From assembly GCF_000142905.1 (NCBI RefSeq), contig NW_013657661.1, positions 124,001 to 188,000 of the forward strand: DNA of 64,000 bases. The letters are read 5' to 3'. Every line of letters begins with the position of its first letter. Position 1 is the stretch's first letter. Shown here one piece after another: positions 43,528-54,300 of the stretch. Source of the DNA: Thecamonas trahens ATCC 50062. Its lineage: Eukaryota > Protista > Apusomonadida. The translations under genes and the position numbers were made by a program. The notes beneath the pieces are model-generated. The model was not told where the DNA came from. It made no database searches and worked only from the letters and a program-made list of their open reading frames with translations.

Positions 43528-43745
43528 GTCGTCCAGCACATCAACACTCTCTCTTTAACACATCATCCATACACCTTGCCCTGCATCGTGGCCCAGACAC
43601 CCTGGACTATGCACACGTCAGCGCGCACCTGTTGAGCAGACTTGCCAGACGCGCATTCACACCTCACCCGCACACGGCCTCGACGTAAACTTGGGGTGTA
43701 ACTCCATCGCCACACACTCGCAGCCGCGCCCAAGCTTCCTGTTGC

Positions 43746-44753
43746 ATGCTCCGCTGCCTGTCGCGCACTCTGGTCCCGCTCCGCTACCTGTCTGTCGCGT
43801 CACGCATGTCGGAGTCGTCGTCGTCAGCCACATCTTCGGGCTTTGATGCCACCCAGCGCTTTCTCTTTGATCTCAACGGATTCATTGTTCTTCGCGGCGT
43901 GCTTGATGCCAATGAGGTTGCCAGTCTCCAAGCTGCCGTCGATGCGCACGCGTCCGAGGCAGTGTCGCGCGACGCCGGGGCGCTCAAGAACGCCAAGGAC
44001 GGGAGCGCGCTGTCGGCGCCCGGCTCACGACGTGATCTCGGCGGTATGTTAGGCTGGGAAGGCGTTGCAGGCGACGCGTTCCGCAGTTTGCTCGTCCACC
44101 CTCGGATTGCGCCGTACCTTGTGGACCTTCTCGGCGAGGGCTACCGACTCGACCACCAGCCCATTGTACTCGTGCAGGACGGCGGGTCCGAGGGCTTCTC
44201 GCTCCATGGTGGGCCGCTCACCTCATCCGGCACGTTCAATCCTGAGCTGCAGTACCGGGCGGTGGCGGGGCAAATGTGGACATCGCTCCTGGCGTGCGCA
44301 GTCCATCTCTCCGAGGCCCAAGCCGGCGATGGCGGGTTCTGCGTCGTGCCCGGCTCGCACAAGGCTAACTTTCCGGTCCCGCCCGAATTTGCCACCGGCG
44401 ACGCGCCGGCCTTTGCCGAGCACATCCACCAGCCGGTCGTCTCGCCGGGTGACGTTGTGCTCTTCTCCGAGGCAACCGTCCACGGCGCGTTGCCCTGGAC
44501 TGCCGATCACCAACGACGCGTGGCGCTCTTCCGATTCGCCACGCCCTCGTACGGCTACGGCCGCGCCTATCTGGAGGAGTTTGGCGGTGATGTCTTGAGC
44601 AAGTGCACGCCCGAGCAGGCTGCCGTCCTCCTTCCACCCTACGCCCCGCGCCTCGAGCGCCCGATCGCCACCCGTCCCGGTGCCTCCGCCACTCCGCGAT
44701 CAGAGGCCAAGAAGGCACACGATCGCGCTGTCTTTAACACTTCTTACTTTTGA
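43746..44753 (+). CDS. Phytanoyl-CoA dioxygenase (PhyH) family Fe/2OG enzyme with mitochondrial-type presequence
   Basis: FDLNGFIVLRGVL, LHGG, GGFCVVPGSHK, GDVVLFSEATVHG..W...RR; MLRCLSRTLVPLRYLS presequence. Confidence 0.9.
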   Translation: MLRCLSRTLVPLRYLSVASRMSESSSSATSSGFDATQRFLFDLNGFIVLRGVLDANEVASLQAAVDAHASEAVSRDAGALKNAKDGSALSAPGSRRDLGGMLGWEGVAGDAFRSLLVHPRIAPYLVDLLGEGYRLDHQPIVLVQDGGSEGFSLHGGPLTSSGTFNPELQYRAVAGQMWTSLLACAVHLSEAQAGDGGFCVVPGSHKANFPVPPEFATGDAPAFAEHIHQPVVSPGDVVLFSEATVHGALPWTADHQRRVALFRFATPSYGYGRAYLEEFGGDVLSKCTPEQAAVLLPPYAPRLERPIATRPGASATPRSEAKKAHDRAVFNTSYF

Positions 44754-44997
44754 TCAAACTTCCCCCCTCCTTCCTCGCCGTACATGCGATTGCTACCACG
44801 TTTGCCACCACCAGCTGCAGCCGATGTGCGTGTTTGTCACAGCGGCACGGCGCGCGTCGGCAGCTCGTCCGCTGCTGCAGACGCTGCTCTCAGCGGCGTG
44901 ACCATCCTCGCCCTCATACTGCTCTCTCCTGTGGGCACCAAGCACCTCACCGACCACACACATATACAACTACATATACATAAGCCTCCAACCGGGC

Positions 44998-45486
44998 ATG
45001 TCTGAAGCCGAGGTCACGCCCAAGCGGCAGAAGGGCCTGGACGGCACGCCCAAGCCGTCACTAGCTCAACCCGCCCCTGCGCAACCCGCCCCTGCGCAAC
45101 CCGCCAAGCCGGTCAAGCAGGCCAAGCCAACCAAGGGCAAGGCCGCCAAGGCTCGCAAGGCCGCCAAGGGCCGCGGAGTCAAGCACAAGGTGGTCTACGA
45201 GCGCATCAACTACCTCGTCCAGGCCGCGGTGGCAGTCGTCGAGCTCTCACCCGATCTGGCGCGCCACTACGTGGGCAACATCCGCGAGCTCGCCCGCCGT
45301 CTCGTTCTCCGCTTAGACAGATCCATCTCGCGCCAGCTCTGCAAGGGCTGCGATATCATCCTCGTTCCACACATCTCGGCCAAGGTCCGCATCAAGGCCA
45401 AGCTCGTGACGACAACTTGCCTCTCCTGCGGCCAATCCTCGTCGCACTCGGGCATCACCTTTGCCACATCCGATCCCTCGCCGTAG
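44998..45486 (+). CDS. RPP21: RNase P/MRP subunit Rpr2/RPP21 family
   Basis: ERINYLVQAA..LARHY..LRLDRSISRQLCKGC..LVP...CLSCG zinc ribbon. Confidence 0.9.
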   Translation: MSEAEVTPKRQKGLDGTPKPSLAQPAPAQPAPAQPAKPVKQAKPTKGKAAKARKAAKGRGVKHKVVYERINYLVQAAVAVVELSPDLARHYVGNIRELARRLVLRLDRSISRQLCKGCDIILVPHISAKVRIKAKLVTTTCLSCGQSSSHSGITFATSDPSP

Positions 45487-45711
45487 TCGCCCGCCCTGTC
45501 CTGCTCCACTCCCCCACGGCGCAAGCAACCGCGCTGTCAACGCACTTGCCCCGCCCCACCAAGCATGTCAAGCACCAGATCAACCACGCCATGACCTCGC
45601 ATGACCACAGAGCCAGTGCCAGTGCGAGTGCCAGTGCGAGTGCCACCCCACTCGAGCCCCACCACCATGGGCACAACTTGGTCTACGCAATGGGAGCAGT
45701 ACTCAGTGGGA

Positions 45712-47014
45712 ATGAAGGCCTTGGTTGTAGCCTCTGCCATGTACATAGTCTACTGGTGTACGTACTAGCCCCTCCCCTCTCCGCCCGCCTCTCTCCTCCT
45801 GCACCGCACTGGCCCCACTCACCCCCCCCCATCCTGTTGCAGTCTACGCCGCCTGGCATGCAGCCAAAGAGTACTACGGAATCCAAGTGCGGCTGCGGGA
45901 GATGCTAGAGTCGCCGGTACTGGTGGGAGGCGACGGTCCGTGGCGTGGCAAGTCCATCGCTGTTGTCCTCAATCCAGTCTCAGGCGCAGGGACGGCCGAA
46001 GCCGTCTTTGACTCACTGGTCGTGCCGCTGATGACCATGGCCGGTGTAGAGCACTCGCTGATGACCACACGTGCTGCTTCTGATATGACCAGAGTCATTG
46101 CCGAGGTCAACTGGGAGAACTTTGATGCGCTAATGGTCTGCGGCGGTGACGGGACATTCAACGAGGCCATTAACGCGCTACGCGAGCTTGCGCCGGGGCT
46201 GGAGACCAAACTTCCACTGATGCTTCTTCCCATGGGCACCTCGAACGGCCTTGTGCGGTCGCATGGCGATGCAAGCGTTCTTGAGGCCGCCTTCCGCGCT
46301 CTCACCTCACTCCCGCTTCCCACTGACGCATGGGACGTCCGCATCGTGCCGTTTGCGCCGGGCGCTGAGCCCGTCGACCGCATCGACGCCTTTATGATGT
46401 CGTGGGCCATGGTCGCCGAGCACGACGACTACCAGGAGCGCAAGTTCCGCTGGATGGGTCCGACCCTGGCGTCGCTCGCTGCTCCGCTTGTCACCATCGC
46501 TGGCATGCGCCACTACGAGGGCACCATCTCGTTTCTTCCAGCCCCTGCCGCCCATGCCCGCGCTGTCGCCGCCGGCCACGACTACTACGTCGATCCGGCG
46601 ACGCTGCCAGCGGTCGCACCGCCCGAGTGGCATCGCCTCCATGCCGATTCTCCCCCCGACTCTGACGCCCAAGCAACCTGGCGGACCATCCCAACCCCGG
46701 TTGTCCTCTGCACCGCCGTCAACGTGGCGTGGCAGGCGGCCGACATTCAGTTCTCGCCGGGCGCAGTTGCTGACGACGGCGCCCTCGATGTCTGCATCCT
46801 CGGAAGCGGCGCCTCGCGCCTCGGCGCCCTCCGCATCTTCATCTCCATCGAATCCGGACGTCATGTCACCTATCCGCACACCCTCTTTGCCAAGGCCAGT
46901 GCGCTCCACATCGTCCCAGCCTCTCCCTCCCGTCTCTCGCTCTCAGGCGAGACGCTCCCCTTTGGCGAGATCCGCATCGTTGTCCGTCCCAGCCATCTCC
47001 ACATGGTCCGCTAG
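45712..47014 (+). CDS. Sphingosine/diacylglycerol kinase (DAGKc) family lipid kinase; intron 45758-45842
   Basis: VLNPVSG, GGDGTFNEAINAL, LPMGTSNG, DDGALD. Short first exon MKALVVASAMYIVYW joins in frame through gtacgt...ttgcag. Confidence 0.88.
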
Positions 47015-47225
47015 CAGCATCAGACGAACCGCCCTCCACAGATCACAGACTACTGGCCTTTGACAACACACACACAGAATCCCAATCATCGGCTGTTCGC
47101 AGGTCACAGCGCGCCTGTCCGACCACCAACCACCACCACCTACCACCAACCCACCCACACTCCACCACCACGACCACACATACACACACATCCACACACA
47201 CAACACACACACACACACACACACC

Positions 47226-47981
47226 ATGACCGACAGACAGGACAAAGTCACCCGGACCAACGAGCTTCTGGCATACCTACAAGGCCCAGGCGAGCGGCTC
47301 GGCCCTGCACCCTGCCGCCCTGCGCTGTTTCCAGGCACAAGCGAGGGAGGACGACGACATGGCAAGGACGACGACAACGACTGCGACTCCGAGTTGGACT
47401 CGGACTCGGTGGAGGTTGATCTGGGCTTTGCTTCGTCGTCGGTGGGCGACTCGTCGGGCGATGCGGGGATGAGCAGGTGCTCGTCCGGGCACAGGGTCAC
47501 CTTTGCTGCAGATGTCGACGAGTACTCGGCTTCGCACAGGCCCATGCGGAGGTGGGAAAGCCAGGCACCGGCCGGATCTCTCATGGCTGATGCTGTGCCA
47601 AGTCCTGCCACGCTCTCCGCCAAGTACGAGAGCCGGAAGAATCCCGCAGGCCTCCGCCGGATGGCCCAATCGCTGCCGACTCTCGCCCTCGACGGCGATG
47701 CCTATGCACCGTCAGCAGCAGGGAGCGACTTTGCCGCCTTTGTCTACCATCCAGATCGGACTCCGCCGGTTTCGAGCCTGCCGGTCCTCGGCCGCGAGTG
47801 GCGCGGGGCTGTAGCCGACATGCTCGGCCACGATCACGAATCGGTCTCGCAGACCATCATCGATCCTCTACCCGACGCATGGATCAACTCGTACCTCAAG
47901 CAACTTGCCGTCCACCCGCCGCTTCCGCACATGCTTCCGCGCCGCCCGCCTCCGACACCCAAGGGCGTCGTGCAGAGCTAA
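47226..47981 (+). CDS. Hypothetical protein
   Basis: 251-aa ORF with acaccATG context after a CA tract, like neighbouring genes; contains an RVTF (RVxF-type) motif; no recognised domain. Confidence 0.6.
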   Translation: MTDRQDKVTRTNELLAYLQGPGERLGPAPCRPALFPGTSEGGRRHGKDDDNDCDSELDSDSVEVDLGFASSSVGDSSGDAGMSRCSSGHRVTFAADVDEYSASHRPMRRWESQAPAGSLMADAVPSPATLSAKYESRKNPAGLRRMAQSLPTLALDGDAYAPSAAGSDFAAFVYHPDRTPPVSSLPVLGREWRGAVADMLGHDHESVSQTIIDPLPDAWINSYLKQLAVHPPLPHMLPRRPPPTPKGVVQS

Positions 47982-48159
47982 CCCACGTCGCTGGCATCGG
48001 TGGCGCGGGTGGCGGGCCGCCAGCGGGCCGCCAGCCACCACTGCAGGATAAAGCCGTCAGCCGAGCGCAAGGACAAGCTGGACGTCAGGGACACACTTGT
48101 CCCTCCTCTGGTGCTCTTGCCCCTCAGCCCCCCCTCCTTCACACTACTTATCACACACC

Positions 48160-48934
48160 ATGGACCAGCACGCGCCCTGCATTCACTGCGGCAAGTCAGA
48201 CACGCCCCTGTGGCGCCGGGTACGTCCGGGGTGATCACGATCAAGCCGGTGGTTTGATCACGAAGCCTTGATCACCGCCGATCCAGCCAGCGGCCGGCCG
48301 CCGGCAAGTGCGACCTTTCCTGAACTCACCAACGGCGCGCGCGGACTTGCTCGGGCATGGGAATGCGGATGGAGTACAGGGTCCCGACGGCGAGCAGTCG
48401 CTTTGTAACTCGTGCGGCGTCCACTACATGCGCCACAAGACGCTGGAGAACAAGTCGGCGTCGCCGTCGTCGGGCGGCTCGGCCTCACACTCGGGCCGCA
48501 AGGGCCCAAAGTCGCGGGTGGGCAAGGCCGGCTCGACCCGGACGTCGACAGCTTCGACCAAGAACCGCAAGCGCAAGATCGACGACCTTGGTGAGATCAT
48601 TGTTTCCAAGCGCCGCTCCGCTCGCGCCAAGGCCGGCGATGACGATGACGTCTCCACTTCAAAGTCCAAGACGCCCAAGGGCAAGAAAGGTAAGAAGGTC
48701 CGCAAGCTCGCCGTCCTCGACGACGACGAGGTCATCGAGTACGATGCCTTTGCCTTTTTGCAGGACTTTCTCTCGCTCCTCACCGATGGCGAGAACGAGG
48801 AAGTTGCTGAGGCTTTCCTCTCCCACCTCGACTACATGGACGTCGCTGATCTCGTCCGCACTGGCGAGGGTCTGCAGGTCATGTCCAACGCCATCGTCGA
48901 CCAGCTTGCCGCCCGCGCCTCTGCCCAGCAGTAG
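48160..48934 (+). CDS. GATA-type zinc-finger transcription factor; intron 48220-48379
   Basis: Splicing gives [30 protein letters not shown] (C-x2-C-x18-C-x2-C); basic NLS-like region follows. Confidence 0.93.
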
Positions 48935-49090
48935 TACCCGCTAGCTGCACTCCTCCATTGAATCATAACTTGATCCTGCCCCCGCTCTGTGACGACTCGA
49001 CGCGCTCACCGTCCGCCTGCCGCCACACACACACACACACACCACCCCACACCCCTCCCCCACCCCTCCACCCCACCCCAAAACACACAC

Positions 49091-51274
49091 ATGCACACAT
49101 GCTTCACCCTCCTCGCTCTTCTCTTTCTCCTCGCTTGCCTCACCTCGGTCACCCTCTGCCAACGGGTGCACGTGTGGCATACTGAGCTCGACGCCGTCAC
49201 CCTGCCGCTGCCGCCTTCTGTCGCCGCTGCCGCCGCTGCTGCTGCCGGCACCGATGCTCAGCGCAAGCTCCCTAGTGCATCCCCACCGCCACCACCACCA
49301 CCACCCAGTCTCTCGGCATGGCACGCCCTTCCGTCGCGGTCCTCGCCGCTAGACGCACTAGATCCTGAGGCCGAGGCCCTCGTTCATGATGTAGTGGCTG
49401 GTCGATGGCCTTGGCGCGAGCCCGACTCGCTCCCTGAGTCGGCCCTCGCGCATCCGATCCGCCCGCTGACCCTCACTTCGCTCGTCCATCCCATCAACGT
49501 CTCGACAAGCTTTAAGGGCGCGTGGCACCCGGTCCCACGCATGGCGGCTTCGGGCGACGCCGACGATCGCTCCGCCCGCCTCAAGGCTGCCGCCCTGCCG
49601 CTGGTCCTCGACGATGGGGGATACATGGCCGGCTGGCTCGCCTCTCTCGCCCACTCAGCAGACGGCACCATCCGAGTCCACGGTGTTCTCTCGCTCCTTG
49701 CCTCGTCGCACCTCGGCGCGTCCGGCGAGGTCTATCTCGTGTCGGGCTTGATCGACCCCAAGAGCCACAGTCTCAGTCTCACGCTCACCCCGCCACATGA
49801 GCACGCTCCGCTGGCATTTGAGCCCGTACTTGTTTCGGACAACGCCACCTTTGCCGCCGGTGCTGTACTACCGGCCGCGGTGCACGACTTGGACACCATG
49901 GCCGCCCGCGCCCGGTTTTGGCTTGGTGCAAGCTCCGCCCCGCCGTCTCACCGCGTCGGACTCGACCTCCTCAATTTGCGCCCTGCCCCGCGATCGATGT
50001 GCTCGTGGCAGCTTACGGCTCAGGTCCATGAAAGCCTTAACGAGGCTGCACTCGCGCGGCAGGCCGCCGACGTCTCACGCCCGCTCCGTGGACCGCCGAC
50101 GGCCGGTGACGTCGCCGCGCTTCCGACGTCGCTGATCGGTACTGCTGCAGCCGACGCCACTGGCTCGCCGGCGCCGCGCCACGTCGATGAGGTTCACGTC
50201 GTCCTCACCAACGGCGTGCTCAAGTCGGCCAAGTGTGGGCTAACGCTCAAGTTTGAGCTGGCCTCGGTTGACCCGTACGAGTTTGAGCGCAAAACCATGT
50301 GGTACCTGGTCATGCTGGCCGCCACCGCCGTGGCGCAGCTCGCCGCGTTTGTGATCCAGCTCGAACACTCGCGGGCGCACCCAGTCCTGGCCAACGTCTC
50401 GATGCTCGCCATCGGTGCACTCTCGGTTGTTGACTGCTACCTCTGCCTTCTGCACTTTTCCGGTCTCTCGTCAGCGCGTCTGGCTCCGTCGTTTGCCATC
50501 GCCGCCTTTGTCAAGTTTGTCCTCTCGTTTGTCTACGAGATGCGGTACGTGTTTGCAGTGTGGCGGGCGCGAAACGCAGGTGACTGGGCGGCTGGCTGGC
50601 TCGCTGTCCGCGTCCGCATCTGCAGGCTGTACTCGTGGTACTACGTCGCCCTCCTCATCGGCATCACCGCCATGTACCAATTTGACGGCCACTGGCCGTG
50701 GTTCTCACTCCTTGTCCACGCCTACTGGATCCCACAGATTGTGACCAACGCCCAGCGCGACACCGCCAATGCGCTCGCCCCCGTCTTTGTTCTCGGCACC
50801 TCGGCCTCGCGCCTCATTATTCCGGCGTACATGCAGCTCTGTCCGACCAATGTCTTCCACACCCCGCCGACTCCAGGCGCCTTTACCGCCCTCACGCTCC
50901 TCGTCGCTGGCCAAGTCATCATTCTCCTCGCCCAGGCCCGCCTTGGCCCGCGGTTCTTTGTACCTGCCGCCTGGCTCGATCCGCCGCACAACTACCATCC
51001 ACCGCCAGCCGTCATCCTCGCCGACTCGGCCGGCGAGCAGCCGACATGTACCATTTGCATGGAGCGCGTCGACCTCGACCCTCCGCCTCCCGGGCGATCC
51101 CGCACCGAGCTCTGGATGCACACCCCGTGCAAGCACACCTTCCACACCCTCTGCCTCATCCAGTGGATGGACATCCGCCTCGAATGTCCCGTCTGCCGCG
51201 CCCCGCTCCCACACCTCGCCCACGCCTCCCAGCAAGCCGCCGCCGCACTCCGTGCCCAAGCCGCAGAGCCGTGA
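49091..51274 (+). CDS. TUL1: Transmembrane RING-H2 E3 ubiquitin ligase, Tul1/Dsc1/FLY1 family
   Basis: Signal peptide, lumenal domain, about 7 TM, YWIPQI, CPTN, QARLGPRFFVP, RING CTICM...TPCKHTFHTLCLIQWMDIRLECPVCR. Confidence 0.9.
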   Translation: MHTCFTLLALLFLLACLTSVTLCQRVHVWHTELDAVTLPLPPSVAAAAAAAAGTDAQRKLPSASPPPPPPPPSLSAWHALPSRSSPLDALDPEAEALVHDVVAGRWPWREPDSLPESALAHPIRPLTLTSLVHPINVSTSFKGAWHPVPRMAASGDADDRSARLKAAALPLVLDDGGYMAGWLASLAHSADGTIRVHGVLSLLASSHLGASGEVYLVSGLIDPKSHSLSLTLTPPHEHAPLAFEPVLVSDNATFAAGAVLPAAVHDLDTMAARARFWLGASSAPPSHRVGLDLLNLRPAPRSMCSWQLTAQVHESLNEAALARQAADVSRPLRGPPTAGDVAALPTSLIGTAAADATGSPAPRHVDEVHVVLTNGVLKSAKCGLTLKFELASVDPYEFERKTMWYLVMLAATAVAQLAAFVIQLEHSRAHPVLANVSMLAIGALSVVDCYLCLLHFSGLSSARLAPSFAIAAFVKFVLSFVYEMRYVFAVWRARNAGDWAAGWLAVRVRICRLYSWYYVALLIGITAMYQFDGHWPWFSLLVHAYWIPQIVTNAQRDTANALAPVFVLGTSASRLIIPAYMQLCPTNVFHTPPTPGAFTALTLLVAGQVIILLAQARLGPRFFVPAAWLDPPHNYHPPPAVILADSAGEQPTCTICMERVDLDPPPPGRSRTELWMHTPCKHTFHTLCLIQWMDIRLECPVCRAPLPHLAHASQQAAAALRAQAAEP

Positions 51275-51386
51275 ATGTTTCGTATCGCCAGCCGTAATCT
51301 CCCCTCGTGCCCACCAGCCTCGTCCAAATGTCCCAACTCCTCCAGCCACCGGCACCCCACTCACCCAACCGACCACTCCACACCTC

Positions 51387-54300
51387 ATGCTCTCAGAAGA
51401 GCTGCGCCGCCTCAAGCGAGTCATCAAGGACTGGGAGTACAGCTTCTTTGCAGAGCATGAGCGTACACCCAGTGTTGCTGACATCCGCGCCAATAGGGCC
51501 ATGGGTACGCACATACCCCCGCCCCCTTGCCCCTGCCCCCCCTGCCCCGCCCTGTCGTGGAATCTACCCCTCCACACCACAGTCTGCCACCCCCCCCACA
51601 CACACACACACCCACCCATCCCCTTCCCTCCAACCCACACTCACACTCACACACATACACACAGCGGACAAGTACAAGATGTACAAGAGACTCAAGCGCA
51701 AGCTGGAGCCCAGAAGGGACAAGAATCGTGCGGCAGAGCCTTCGCTTGCCCTCCAGCCGTCAACGGCGCCGCTGCCTATGAATGGCTCGCCGAGAAAGTC
51801 GGTGCTGGCTGCACATTCGGCAAGGGTGGAGGACAAGTCAAGGGGGACTAGCCATGCCATGGAGGATCGTCAGGCTTCAATGGGTATGGGTTTGGTCGAG
51901 TTCATGCCATCCATGCCCATGCCCAAGAGACTCGGTCGCACCCTCTCGTCCTCCAATCTCGCCGCTTCGCGGGCTGCTCATCTGCCGCAGCCACAGGCCC
52001 TCGCTCCGCTGGCTGCATCGCTGGCTGCGTCGCGGGCAAGGACCCTGGCTCCGCAGCCAGAGATTCCCCAGCCGCATCGGGTCCGAGCCGCCATCGAGTC
52101 CGAGGCTGGGCCTGAGCCAGGGCCTGAGCCACTGCCTGAGCTCGAACTCGCTGGTCCTGCTCATCCGCCGCTCGCCTCACCTGTTCCGCGCCCAGCCTCG
52201 TGTCTCGCGGCGCCCGAGCCCAACAGCGTCCAGTTGCCGCCGCCATCGGTCATGGTCCCGCGGCCAGAGTCTGCTCCATTCACCATCATCCGGACCACGC
52301 GCTCGTTGTCGGCGTCGTCGTGGGACTCGGGCTCGCTGTTGGCACGCTCGCGATCACGCGATTCACTCTCGGCCTTTGCCGTCGGCCTCGGCGACTCGAA
52401 GACTGAAAGGAGTACAGCGGCGACAGCTCCCGGAGCTGCGCTCTCGCGGCCGCCGTCGACGGTACCGCTCAAGTCGCTTGCAGAGTCGCTCCGCGATGTC
52501 ACCGAGCGGCGCAACAATCCCGAGGCAGCGTCGCCGGGCATGGACTCGGCGCTCTTTGAGTACGACTCGATCCAGCTCATGTATGCAGCTGGTGGTGCGC
52601 ATGTAAGCGCTGGCTCTGCTCCCAGCAGCCGCCACTATGGCCGCGAGGGTCGCAAGCGCAATGCCAGGTCGCGCGGCCTGCGTCGCGCTCGCGAGCTGCG
52701 CGGTGCCAAAGCTAAGGCTCCGGCCAAGAAGGCCAAAGCTTCGGGCAAGTCCAAGGCCCAGCCAACTCCTGCGGTGGCCAGCCGACAGGCTTCCGACTCT
52801 GAATCGGCATCGACGGCCTCTGTTGGCGTCGCCGACATGGAGTGCTCAGCGTCCTCGGACGCAGTGCCAGGTCTGCCGGTCGCTGAGGCTGCGCCAGTGG
52901 CGGGTGTCCCCGTCCGACGCCCGATTGTGCCGCGTCCGTCGTCACGGGTTGGCCGCATGCGCAATAAGATGGGCCAGGACGTCGGAGAGGCCGCTGAGGC
53001 CGCCGGCGTCGCCAAGACCGCTGCATCTCCCCCGGCCAAAGCGACCAAGTCCAAGTCCAAGCCCAAGCTCAAGCCCAAGCCCAAATCGGTGGCTGCTTCG
53101 TCGTCGGCGAACCAGCGCAAACGCAAGCGGTCTGCAGCACGCCGCGCCAATGGCGATGACGACGACGACGTGTATGCGCCGCAAGCCAAGCGCAAGTCAG
53201 GCTTTGCCAAGGTCCGCAAGGACATCTCCAAGCCGACCGGGCCCAAATCGGTTTCCAGCAACTTTGTGGCGATGAAGCTGAACAAGCCCGGCGAGCGGCG
53301 CGGCGTGCGCAAGGCGCGCGGCCGTGGCGTGAGCAAGGCGCGGACGGCACAGGCTGTGGCCGAAGCCGCCTCGGCGGCACTCGGCGGCGACGACGCCATG
53401 CAGGCATTCGACTCGGCCGTCGCCGATGCGATCGGCAACCTCGACTCGGTGGTGGACGAAGACGCTGACGCCGAGACCAGCACTGATGCCAGCACCAGGG
53501 GAGCACCGTCTACGTCTACGGCCGCGACCCAAGTTGTGCGCGGGCCGGCGGCGTTCCACGACGACGACAGCCATCCGTATGCGGGTGGCATGACGGCGCG
53601 CGCACGCGGCGTAGTCGCTGGTTTCCGTGCCGGGCAGCTGAGCCTGGAAGACGTGGCGACGAGCCTGTTTGGCTTTGAGGGTTTCCGGCCGGGCCAGCGC
53701 GAAGCGGTCGAACGGGTTCTTGGCGGAAAGTCGACGCTTGTTGTCCTGCCGACGGGCTCGGGCAAGTCTAGCATCTACCAGCTGCCGGCGTTCCTAGTGG
53801 ACGGCGTGGTGCTTGTGGTCACGCCGCTGGTGTCGCTCATGGCGGACCAGCTGAGCAACTTGCCGCCGGACCTCATTGGGGCGACCATCAACTCGACGCA
53901 GTCGTATGAGATGCGCAAGACGATCGAGGCCGAGCTGAAGGCCGGGCGGATCTCGATCCTCTTTGTCTCGCCGGAGCTGCTGGAGACCAAGCGGTTCCGC
54001 AAAGTTCTCGCCGAGATATCTGTGGCGTTTGTGGCCATCGACGAGGCGCACTGCGTCTCCGAGTGGTCACACAACTTCCGCCCAGCGTACCTGCGTCTGC
54101 ATCAGACGCTCGCCAGTGAGTTTGGAGTGACAACGTTCCTCGGCCTGACCGCAACGGCGACGGCGGCAACGGTCGACGCCATTGTTGACTCGCTCAGCCT
54201 GGATCGCAACGGCGACCCCGGGTGCGTGATCTCGAGCGGGCGGGTGCCTTCCAATCTCCAGCTCTCGGCGTCGGTCTCGGTCATGCAGGACCTGTCGCGC

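Noticed and set aside
42409-43539. 376-aa hydrophobic - strand ORF
   Set aside because: Antisense of the His-rich repeat, which gives a spurious Val/Met/Ala pattern.
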